This document shows, piece after piece, positions 51,156-62,604 of a DNA stretch of 64,000 bases. A model generated the notes under the pieces. It had not been told where the DNA came from, searched no databases, and saw only the letters and a program-made list of their open reading frames with translations. The stretch comes from Phaeosaccion multiseriatum (Eukaryota > Protista > Ochrophyta, other classes). The stretch lies in contig OZ218951.1 in assembly GCA_965112735.1 (NCBI GenBank), positions 2,418,001-2,482,000 on the forward strand. Reading direction: 5' to 3'. Position 1 is the first letter of the stretch, and each line of letters starts with the position of its first letter. Made by a program: the position numbers and the translations under genes.

Positions 51156-54100
51156 ATGGATCGTGGTGGACGAGGAGGGGACGATGCCCTGGGAGGAGTG
51201 ACGCCCGGGGAGACAGCAGCAGGCAGAGGAGGGGATGGCCGGAAGACGAAGCCCCTCCTCCTCCCCCGCCACGCCAAGAATGGAAATGAAGGTTCCAGGG
51301 CCGACGAAGGCTTAGTTCCAATGGGGGGGGTGACGCAAGTCTTGTGGGAGCGAGACTCTCCAGCAGGCGACGAAAAGGAAGAACAACGAGGAGGAATCGA
51401 CGAAGGAGTCGCGGCCTCTTCTTCTCTCGCTCCTCTACTGAGGAGGGCTCACGAGGCTGTTGCTGACCTCGGCGACAAGCCCTTTGCCTTTTGGTACGAT
51501 GGCAAAGGCAAAGAGGCGGAGAGGTACAGCTTCGGACGCATGTGGGATGAGGTAAGCAAAGCAACGAAGAAACATCATTCCGTGGAGGTGTTGATGCCCT
51601 TGCTTGCTCTCTCATGCCGTTTCAGCTGCTGCTGGTGGCGTGCTGTAGTCTTGCACATTACGCCCCAACGGCACTCCTAGACTCTGTGATAATTAGCCCA
51701 AGATGCAAACGTTGCTTCGCTCTTCCAACCCTTCTTCTTGCTTCCGCAGGCGGGCAAGATCTCCTACATGCTGCGCGAGGAGTGGGGCGTGCCCAAGGGA
51801 ACCATGGTGGTGCTGTGCTACGGGCCGGGGTTGCACTTCTTCGCCGCCTTCCTGGGCTGCTTGAGAGCGGGCGTGGTGGCGGTGATGGTGTACCCGCCTG
51901 CTCCTCCGCTGTCCAAGTCGCTCCCAAAGATGAGCAGGATCGTGGCGGACTGCAAGCCTATGCTGTGCCTCACCGACTCCATCATCGCAACTTTGCGCAA
52001 TATGGACAAGGTCAATCCACTCTCGGACTCCCGCAAGCTGTGGCCTGATGACCTCGACTTTAAGGCTACAGATGGGGGGCTGTTCCAGAGCTTCTTCTCC
52101 TCCTCATCGTCCTCCTCGTCAGCAAGGAGTTTCGATGAGCTGAGCATGGCCGAAGAGGACCTGGCCTTCCTCCAGTACACCAGCGGCTCCACCGGTGACC
52201 CCAAGGGCGTGATGGTGACCTTCGGTGCGCTCATGGCCAACGTGCACCTCCTGACCAGCCACCGAACAGGCATGATCAAGTGGGCCCGGCGAGAGAAGAA
52301 GGATAACCATTGGGCTGATTATGAGGCACCTGTTGACCATGCACCTCGAGGGGCTGGTCAGGGAGGGTCGAGCGTTGCCGGTCAGGAAGTGATCACCTTG
52401 CCGTTGACCGGCTTCTCGTGGCTGCCTCAATACCATGTGAGTGAGGGCGTTGACTGACCGACTGACTTGACTGAAGACGTGAGTAAGTGCGTGAGCGAGT
52501 GAGTGGGTAGGTGAATGAGTGCGTGAGGGAGTGTGTGAGTGCGTGAGGGAGGGAGAGAGGAAATCAGCGAGTGAGAGAGGGATTGAGTGACTCGGTGAGC
52601 GAGCGAGGGAGTGAGTGCGAGATGAGTGAGGCTGAGCACGGCCGAGAGAGAGAGACCAAGGGGGGGGGGGAAGGGTCCATCACTTGACTTTGGTTCGGCA
52701 ATGATGGAGCGGGGCGTCGTTCGTTTTCCTCGCATCTGAAGCAAGAGCATGATCTGACACCAGCCTCGCCGCTGTGATGCTCACTGACTGTCCCCACGCC
52801 TCTCTGTACCGCAGGATATGGGCCTTGTCGTGGGCCTTGTGGGCCCCTTCCTGACGGGTATGACTATGCATTATATGTCCCCCGTCAGCTTCATCAAGCG
52901 GCCCCTGCTCTGGCTGGAGCTCGTATCCAGGCACCGCGTGGACTGGTCCATTGCCCCCGACTTCGCCTACGCCCTCTGCGCCCGCTACATGGCGAAGGTG
53001 CGCGGTACTCGCAAGGAGCCCATGCTGGACTTGTCCAATGTGGTGTCCTTGTGCAGCTCAGCCGAGCCGATTCGGAGAGAGACCATTGAGAGGTTCGAAG
53101 AAGCGTTCCGTCCCCATGGCCTCCCAGACAGGTATGAGGGTGCAGAGCCTAGGCGGGCACTGTGTGACTCTTACCATGAGAACCCTTCCGTAGTACCTGG
53201 CTGCTCGTCAGTTCTATCTTCTTTCCCCACTCTCTGCTTGTCGCGGCTCGAGAGGGTGAAATTCTCTCTCCCTGGTTAAACTGCGCCCGACCTATGCTAT
53301 CCCTGACACTCCTGTCACCTCCTTCGCTCAGGTGGTTCTCGTCGGCCTACGGCTTAGCTGAGCATGTGGTTCTAGGTACGTAATCTGCCGGCCGATTCGG
53401 GGTGGCTGGCGAGGTGGCCACGACGCTCGACCCTCGCTTCCATAATTCTTCTTATTCTGTCTTACGTCCCTCGCTTCCTTGTTGGGTGGTGCACAGCTTG
53501 CTCGATCGACTCTATGCACAGATCCACGGCGAGACCAGAACTGACCAGCGTCGGCTCACCGAGCGAGAGGGCAGACTTTATGGACATTCGAATCGTCAAT
53601 CCCGGCACCATGGGCGAGGTCAGCGGAGCAGCAGCCACAGGAGAGATCTGGATCTCCTCCCCCTCTGTCGCCGCCGGGTACCGGGGCAAGCCCGAGCTGT
53701 CGGAGGAGACGTTCGGTGCCAGACTCACCCTCCCCGATGGTGATGGCATCTCGCGTCGCCGCCGGTACCTGCGGACGGGGGACCTTGGCTTTGCGGAGGA
53801 GGGGCTGCTGTACATCTGCGGCCGCATCAAGGACGTCATCATCCTCAACGGGGTCAACCACTACCCGCAGGACGTCGAGTTCACCGTGCAAGAGGCGTCT
53901 GACGCTGTTCGGCAGGGCTGCATTGCGGCCTTCTCCTCCGACGAGACGGGAGGGGACGGCGTGCTGGAGGTGGTGTTCGAGGTCCGGCAGGAGCGAGAGG
54001 GCGAGGCCCAGGCAGTGGTGGAGGCCGCTCAAGCCGCCATATCGTCTTCTTTTGGCCGTCGGGCGGCCAAGGTGGTGGCCATAAAACAGAAGACCGTCCC

Positions 54101-57100
54101 CAAGACCACGAGCGGCAAGATCCGACGGCGGGCAACACGGCAGGCCCTTCACGCTGGCGGCCTGCAAATTGTCCATGAGCTCTGTGAGGACATCGCAAGT
54201 ATGCACGACGGGGCGGCTGATGCCTCCGTTGGTAGCAATAGCACGCGAGCGCCGAGGACATCAAAAACGGTTGGCCGGAGCAGCAGCGACGGGGGCGAAG
54301 AGCAGCCGAGCCCAATACATGAAGAGAGTGGTGTGCCCGGGATGGCCGCCATGGAGGCGATGGGCAAGGCTGCTCGAGTGACGCTCATCCTCGAACGAGT
54401 TGTCGAGTCTGCCAGAGACGCGTCCGGCAACCCCGGCCTGCGGCCCACGGACCGCTTCATGGACGCAGGTCTCTCGTCCGTTGCGATGGCCGAGCTGGCG
54501 GTGACGCTGGAGGACTTTGTGGATAGCAGCATGGGGGGGGAAGGGGGCTTTGAGATGGAGACCACAACCTTCTTTGATTTCCCCACACCTGCGCTGCTGG
54601 CAGCACATCTCGAGGAAGCGCTCTTTGGGCGTGGAGAGAGAAGCGCGCGGGGCTCTGCGTCTTCGCTTCCCGTCCCTCCGCTGCCTGAGCCTGCAGCTGC
54701 CGACGGGGACATTGTGATAGTTGCAATGTCGTGCCGCTTCCCAGGGGGCTGCAACAGCCCGGAAGAGCTCTGGGCCACGCTGTGCGCCGAGCAGGACTGC
54801 GTCTCTGAAGCGCCGGTCGAGCGAGGGTTGGGGCCCGGCATCCAAGGTGAGAGAGGGGCTTTTGCTTTCCCACCTGCCTGCCCACCACCGCTCGGCGCTC
54901 CTCCTCGACACTGAAGGGGCGTGATTCTTCTCCCCCTCTCATCTCCATCACCTTCTCCATGTCCCTCTCTTTTTCCCTCTCCTTCTCTTCTTGAAAAGGT
55001 GGCTTTATCGATGGGGTTGACATGTTCGACAACGCCCTCTTCGGCATCTCTGAGGCGGAAGCGGAAGCACTCGACCCCAGTCAGCGCATCATGCTGGAGA
55101 CTGCCTACGAGGCCCTTTACAGGGCGGGCTTCGACCAAGGGCTGGAGAGTCTGCATGGCCTGGATATCGGGGTATTCATTGGCAAGTCCGGAGCAGGAGA
55201 GTGGAGCATGCTTCAGCAGGAGAGGGGCGCAAAGCAAAGCGCATACTCCCTCGTCGGGGCAAGCACCGCGTGCGTGGCGGGGCGCGTATCGCACACCTTG
55301 GGCCTCACGGGCACTTGTTTCACCATAGACGCGGGATGCCCTTCCGCCATTGTCGCACTTGACACAGCTTGCAACACTCTCATGTTGGGTAAATGCAGCA
55401 TGGCTGTGGTCGGGGGCGTGAACCTTCTGCAGCACCGCCAGACTTTCGGAGCACTCGACAAGGCAGGATTTCTGTCGAAGTACGGGTGAGTTTGACCTTC
55501 ACCTTGCCACAATTTTCAAACAAAAAGGCGCTTTCCCCTTACCTGAGTACCTCACCTCACTCGACCCCGTCCCGATCTCCCGTCAGACGCTGCAAATCCT
55601 TCGATGTCAATGCGGACGGATACGTCCGAGCCGAGGGTTGCGGAGCGGTGGTGCTGAAGCGCTCGGTGGATGCGAAGCGCGATGGCGACCGCATCCTTGC
55701 CACCATCAAGGCGGCAGCGGTGAACCACAATGGGGTCAGCAGCTCCCTGTCCGCCCCGAAAGGCGTGGCGCAGCAGAGCGTGGCTGCTGCGGCTCTCTCA
55801 CGCGCAGGCTACAGGGGCAGCGACGTGTCCTACGTAGAGGCGCACGCTACGGCCACCCCCACGGGAGACGCCATCGAGATGGGTAAGGAGTCAGGGATAC
55901 AGCTTGTGATACGGCTTCCTGGAGGGCCTGCTGCATTGCCGGCCCTTGCGATCCTCTTTGCTCGTTGTCGTGGAGTAAGCTACGTAACGGAGCTGTTGCC
56001 ACTGAAATAGGTACTAAAGAGCGCCCCCCTCCCACCTCCTCTCCCCTCCCATCCGCTGCGTTGCACAGGCGCTCTGAAGGCCGTGTATGCAGGCGGTCGC
56101 CCCCCTCAGTCTCCTCTGGTGGTGGGCACCGTCAAGACAACCCTGGGCCACATGGAGGGAGCCTCGGGTATGGCGCAGCTCATCAAGGCCATCTTGGTGC
56201 TCCAGCATGGGGCAGCGCCTCCCAACCTTCACCTCAAGGAGGTCAATCCAATGCTGAAGCTCGAGGGGCTGCCCGTCGTTCTTCCCACGCAGATGACTGC
56301 GTTGGCGGCATGCTGCGGTGACGGGGGGGAGAGCTTGCTGGTTGTGGGCGTCCACTCCTTTGGGTTGGGTGGATTCAACGGCCACATCATTTTAGAGGGG
56401 CGACAGCAGAACCCCTCCACGGCTTCCATCACGCGGCAGGAAAAGGCCTGGGGAGGATTTCAGACGCAGCAATCTTTCCCGCTCCCCCATCATGCTCTGG
56501 GCGCTGCTGGTGCGGCTGCTACGAAGCGTCTCGGCGCACCGGGGCAACTAAACGAGCTGCAAGCAATGACACCCTCGGAGAGAGAGGCGTCCGTGAGGCA
56601 AATCGTGAGGGCTGCCGTAGAGAGCATCTGCAGCGCCCCAGAGGTTGCCACAGACCCAAATGTGAACGTTCTTGAGGCGCTGGGACACGACTCCATCGCA
56701 ATCGCAGAGGTGGTGACGCGAGTGATCGACGCTATTGAGGGAGACCAAGACGATGAGGAGCATGCGGCTGGTGAGGGCGAGAGCCTTCGATCCGTCATCA
56801 CTCCTGCAACCCTCTTTGACATGCCAACCGTGGATGCATTTTCGAGCTTCGTCAGCGAGGCGTGCCTGACGCACGGGGACACTGCTGGCGCGGATCATGC
56901 ACATGAGACGCGTTCCTCGAGCTGGGCAGTGAGGAATTCTGATCGGGAGTGGCAGGCCTCCGACGCACACATGCCCGCGGAGTGCAAGGCCGAATTGGGC
57001 TACACAGCTCTCAAGCTGGTGACTGTGGCAGCGGCTCAGATACTGGGCCTACTCGCTGTTGTGTTTGTCGCTTCTGTGCTGCTGAGCAAGGTCCCCTTGA

Positions 57101-60100
57101 GCGTCTCGAGCCTTGTCTCTGGCTTTCCGGTGCTGAACGCCTTCCAGGTACGGCAATACTCTGCAGTGTTGGTGGCGGAAAGGGGGAGTTGGAGGCAGAC
57201 TGGAGCAAGGGATCACCGCGCACATGCGATCTGGCCGTCTCTGGCGAGGCTCTCATACGCTTCCGTCGCCCCTCTTTTTGCCTGCTCGGGGCGATGAAGT
57301 TTTGCCGACGATAACACTCCTTGCTCCTCCCGCCCTCGCTGTCGCGCTCTCTCTCTCTCTCTCTCTCTCTTATGTACCACTGTAGACGTTGAAGCTACTC
57401 GAGTTCCAAGAAGATTTGACGCGAGCGGCGACTGCGGAGATCCTCGGACGAAACCCTCTCTTCCAGAACGAGTATCTTAACATTGTGCTCAGCGGCGTGC
57501 TCGGTGCAGCAGGCTTCTTGCTCGTCGCAATGCTCTCCGCACCTCTGGTCAAGTGGGGGGTGGTGGGCCGCTACAAAGCAGGGGTGGTCAAGGTGTACAG
57601 TTTGTACCATTTGCGCTGGTAAGCATGCGTGCTGTGGTCATCCATCATCACATTTGGCTGTGTCCTTCCCCTGGTAGTATGGTGTGAGCTTCGCAGGGGC
57701 GTGGCCATAATGTCAAGCCTCGACACCTGACAGTGCTCTTCTATGTTCCGCCCCATTCATTTTGATCACAGCTGGCTGGTGGACCTCTACCTTGACTACT
57801 TCTTCTACCCCGTAGTCTCCTTGCTCGTCCGGGATTCCGTCGTGCTGGTCCCACTCTATCGTCTCATGGGAGCGCAGATCGGCCGCGGAACGGACTTGAC
57901 AGGGGTGAGTTCTGGGCTTAGACGACATTCTTTCCTTCTCCGCTTTCTTGCTCGTTTCAAGTCCGCACTCACCAGCCACCACACCTCCTGATGCTCTCCT
58001 TTGCCACCCCACAGGTGCGCCTGAGTGAGTTTGATCTCGTCAGTATCGGCGAGAACTGCTCTATTGACCGCCGGGCCATCATCACTCCCAAGTCCCACAT
58101 CGGAGGCATGAGGCTTCAGTACGAAAAGGTGCAGTTAACTTCATTTTGTGTTGGTGTGTGTGCGCTCCTGAACATGGAACGAGGCCCGCTGTTCAAGAAA
58201 CCTGTTGCACTGCCAATCACCAACATCAGTCGTCTGTGCCATTCTCGTTCTTGCTTAATACCGCAGGTCGTCATCGGCTCAAACTGCGAACTGGGAATGG
58301 GAAGTGTCGTGCACGGGGGAAGCGAGCTTGAGGATGGCGTGCGTCTTCACGTGAGAGCAACTGTGCCTCCCGGTACCCGACTCGCAGGCCCTCGAGCGTA
58401 CCAAGGCAGCCCGGCGACGGTGGTGCCAAGAAGGAGTATGCCCGCGCCTGTTGTGCCGGTGGACCAGTGGATGTCGCTGAAGAAAGGTGCCTTCTTCTCA
58501 TTCTTTGCCGGGCTCGCGGTGCTTCCAGGAGCGGTAGCTTCAATCGCGATTCACCTCAACGCTTCCAACGGAATCAGCGCAGGTGCGTGCATCTGCTTGC
58601 ACGATTTTTCTGTTCTTTTTGTCAGTACCAGCCACCGCCGGTATTGCTCCCCCCCCGCCCCCCTTCTGATGCGCGCTTTCCCTCTCCGCATGCTTTTCTC
58701 CTCTTCAGGGCGATACACCGGGATTTTGCTGCTCTTCCTTTATGTGTCGCTGATTAATGTGAGTACAAAAAGAGGGGAGATGCGAACTATACGCGACAAA
58801 CCACGCACGCGCCCTTCACTTACTACTACCTGCCTCCCTTTCTCTCCTTCCTCTTTGCTCGCACAAGGTCGTAACCGTTTGCTCCACCATTTTGCTGAAA
58901 TGGGTGCTTGTGGGGAAGCTGAGGCGAGGCGTTATCGTGGCAGACATGGGAGACTGGGCGGTCCTCTGCAGGGAGACTGCCAATCGCCTCAACGGACTGG
59001 CCGAGCTGATTCTTGTCCGCTTCTTTCATTTTGCAGAGGGTGCTGTGATGTACTACAGACTGCTCGGAGCATCCATTCACCACACCGCCATACTCGGAGG
59101 CGCTGTTGTCTTGTCTGACCCAGACACGATTGACATGAAGGCGTTGTCTTTCATAGGCGGGGCCGGGGCTCTCTTGACAGAAACCTCCGATGGTGTGCTT
59201 GAAGGATGCACGCTTGAACGAGGAGCTACCGTCGGTGACATGGGCATTGTAGGCGCGGGGAGTCGCCTGGAGCCGCTGGCGTTGTTAACGTCCAGATCTT
59301 GGCTCGGCGAACGAACGGTGATGCCGACGAATTCCACCGCGACGGGAATTCCCGCCGGGATTGTTGTTGCACCCTCCTCCACTGGGGGGAAGAAGGCTGG
59401 AGACGGCGCCAACAGGCTTCAGAAGGCCCCGAGAGGCCGTGCATTGAACCTCGTTCCAGGCACCAAGTTTCTTGTCCAGATCGTGGTCATGTTTGCGCAT
59501 TTGCTTCGCCTTTTCGGAGGCGCTGTTCTTGCCTATGAGTTCCTCGACCTCTTCCAAGAGCCAATCGATGAATGGTACGGCGCGAGGGGCCTTGGAAGCA
59601 GCATTGCCACCACACTGCGGGACGTGTGGACGAGATTCGACACGCAGACGCTCCTTCTCCCCGTGGCCTACCTCCTCTACCTAGCGGGAGGCCTCCTGCC
59701 GTCGCTTGTTGTGAAGGTCAGTGCGATGCTGCAGTGGCTCTGCCGGTCTACCCTTTGTTGTTATGTATGTACTATCTCTCTCTCTCTCGTGAAAAGAGTT
59801 GCCTGGTGGGGCCTGTACTTCGGCCCCTGTACTTCACCCCCTACCCACTCGCCCGTCAAACCCTCCCTCTCTTCTGCCCACGGCGTCATATGCAGAGGCT
59901 CTTTGGAATGTTTCCAGAAGGATCCATGAATTCGTCAGGCAGGGAGGGTCTGTGCTACATTGCAACATTAGTGTTCGACATCATGGGGAGGTCGCTAACC
60001 TCCTGGATGTGGGGAACTCCTCTCTGGCCGGCCTATCTGAACCTCCAGGGGGCGAAAGTGAGCACTTCAAGCTATATCGAGACACATGCCATGTTTGACC

Positions 60101-60420
60101 CCAGCTTCCTCACCGTAGGGGATGGGGTCACTATTGCCAAAGGAGCGTGTCTCTGTCCTCACACAGTTCAGCGTAACGAGACCGAATTGCTGCCCATCCG
60201 CGTTGGCCATTCTGTTGTTCTGGGCGTAATGGTGGGGAGTAGTGTTGTGAAGCCTGAGACCATTGTTGGTGACAACTCGCGTCCAGGCAGGGGTCAGGTT
60301 CTTCGCCCCCCCCGCTCGTCTGGTGGTTCCGTGGGCCATGCTGAAAAAAGGGAGGGCACATGGCACTTCGCGGGGGTGCCCGTGAAGCCCTTCAAGGCGA
60401 CGCCTTACGGAGATTGCTGA
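51156..60420 (+). CDS. Megasynthase: fatty acyl-AMP ligase - ACP - ketosynthase - ACP - Pls/PosA-type membrane/left-handed beta-helix terminal region
   Basis: Fifteen in-frame exons. FAAL: AFLQYTSGSTGDPKGVMV, SWLPQYHDMGLV, APDFAY, AYGLAE, YLRTGDLG, GRIKDVII, VPKTTSGKIRR. ACP1: FMDAGLSS. KS: MSCRFPGG, LDPSQR, DAGCPS, GYVRAEG, EAHAT, KTTLGHMEGASG, HSFGLGGFNGH. ACP2: LGHDSI. Three TM + hexapeptide repeats: KWGVVGRY...YRLMGAQIG, KWVLVGK...YRLLGASI, GTPLWPAYLNLQGAKV. Confidence 0.92.
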
Positions 60421-61320
60421 GGAAGGAGCGACGCGGCCGACACAGTCAGGCCAGCAATGCTAATGAACCCTTGATGGTACGATAGCAAAGCTGATAGGGC
60501 GGATCCGACTGAAAAGGGCTTCTCGAGGAGAACAACGTTCTGTGAGCCTTCCTTCCTTCTCAGTTCCCTTCTCTCTTTATACCAAGGAACTTGGTGTCCC
60601 TTGCTTCTCTCTACCTAGAGTAGAGTAAGACGAGATAAGCATAGGAGTCACAGCAGATAGCGACGGGAACAAAAATTGACCTGCTACGACAGTGGCGAAA
60701 AGGGTTCTCTCATCTCCCATAATGCCAAATTTAGTAACTGATATTCTTATTCGCAGGATGGTGAGGATTATGGAGCCTTTGCTTGTGCGGATGGATGGAT
60801 GTCCGCATCTGACGTACCGTCCGCTGCATGCCCCTCGACGCCTTCGCTTGCTGCCTTCGTCGCTTGTGATGTGACTGCCCTGTGACATTCTCAGGCCGTG
60901 GCCGTCGCCCCCCCACGTTCGTCGGTGAAGGAGAAGGAGACTTCAACTTCCGCAACGAATGTAAAGACAGTACTTTGCTTGGCCTTTCTCGCGGCTATGC
61001 AGGAGGGGAGGTACTAGTCCCGTCGCGGTGATGGAGCAAAAGGCAGAGCTTGAGTGAGTGATGCGGTAGTAGCTGCTAGATGGCTGCATGAGTCGCGAGC
61101 CTCGCACAAAACACACACGACACGCGCGCCATACACACACGTAGTCCTTCACCAGAGTGACTTGTTTTCTATTCATCCCCGCCCAGAAAGCGACAAGGGC
61201 GGCCCATCGACGGCTGTGGCCAGCCAATGGTGGCTTATGAATACCCCACGCATACAATAAGGAGGAGGGGCTTCCTCTTTCGGCCGGCACAGCAGGCAGT
61301 ATATTCGGGCAAGGACGCAG

Positions 61321-61607
61321 TCGGCCCTGGAAGAGGTTACAGTGTGCGCCGGTCATAATCAGTAATCAGGCCGGCTGGCGCCAATAATCAGTAATCAGGC
61401 CGGCTAGCGCCCGTCATAATCAGTAATCAGGCCGGCTGGCGCCGGTCATAATCAGTAATCAGACCCGGCTGGCGCCGGCCATAATCAGTAATCAGGCCCG
61501 GCTGGCGCCATAATCAGTAATCAGGCCGGCTGGCGCCGGCAGTAATCAGTAATCAGGCCGGCTGCGCCGGCCGTAATCAGTAATCTGATAACCTCTTCCA
61601 GGGCCGA
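61321..61607 (+). mobile_element. MITE, 287 bp, perfect 19-bp TIR, 6-bp TSD (ACGCAG)
   Basis: Ends are TCGGCCCTGGAAGAGGTTA and TAACCTCTTCCAGGGCCGA. ACGCAG is duplicated at 61315-61320 and 61608-61613. The interior holds ~8 tandem TAATCAGTAATCAG-GCCGGCTGGCGCC units. Confidence 0.93.
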
Positions 61608-62400
61608 ACGCAGGGCGTATGTGAGACATTGACTAATAAAACTACGACATGGTAGCCATACAGTACAGACGGAAGCAAGAGCGTTTATATGACTGGAGTA
61701 GAGCTTCATCTGCTTTCGTTAAGCGAGGGGTTGTGTAGAGCCTCCGTCGCTTCACCAGCGAGTCACTCCTTCAGAGGCAGGGAGGCATATCAGTCAGCCT
61801 GTCAGTAGCAGTCAGTCAGTCGCTGACAGTATCAGCCGCCCGTAGCTACTGCAGATAAGAGGCAGGAGGCCTCATAGGTCGTCCTTACAAAGGCGTGGCT
61901 GAGTCGTCCATATAGAGACAGCGTCGCACGAAGAGGTGCCTCCCGAGCTTTCCCTTGGTGAGCATCTGCCACAAGATGGCCTGGGGGGGGGGAGGCATAA
62001 GCCCAAGCAAGACAAAAACAAAAAGCACATAAGCAAGCAAGCAAGCCAGCAAATAAGCAGAGGGGGAGGTGGAGGTGGAGGACTTTCGGGTCGATATTGC
62101 TGATCGATATTGCGGATGGTCGGATCGAAACATTGGTTAGAACAGAACAAAAACTAATAATGAAGCTGGAGAGTGATAAAGCTATAAAACCAAGGACTAT
62201 GCCTATGGGGTGATGGTGCAGGCAGCAGCTGTCTCGTCCCTTGCCCCATGATGGGGTATGGGGTTATCCTCCCCTTCTGCGCCACTACACACACCGCACA
62301 GCCCACTTGCTCGGAGAAGAGAGAAGCGGCGCACAAAAGGATAAAGCTATACACTTCACATGTGTAGCAAGGCCTAGTCTGTTGCCATGACGGGGAGGAA

Positions 62401-62445
<45 letters not shown>

Positions 62446-62604
62446 GCTCATGACTTACTGCAATTAAGTAGGGCATTAATAATATCTCTCAGTAGAAATC
62501 ATCCCCCCTCTCTTCCACTTTGACCTAAGTCACATCACCTCAACCAAAACTCTCGTCTCCTTTAGAGTTGCTACAGCTGCGCTACTTTTGAGGCCGGGCC
62601 GCTC

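Noticed and set aside
60430-61310. Microsatellite-poor stretch with short ORFs, a possible tailoring gene or transposase remnant beside the megasynthase
   Set aside because: No recognisable AT, PPTase or transposase motifs in the ORFs provided.
61354-61586. Regularly spaced repeats resembling a CRISPR array (also 37040-37212)
   Set aside because: The spacers are short near-identical GC palindromes rather than unique sequences. The array sits inside TIRs with a TSD, there are no cas genes, and the context is eukaryotic.
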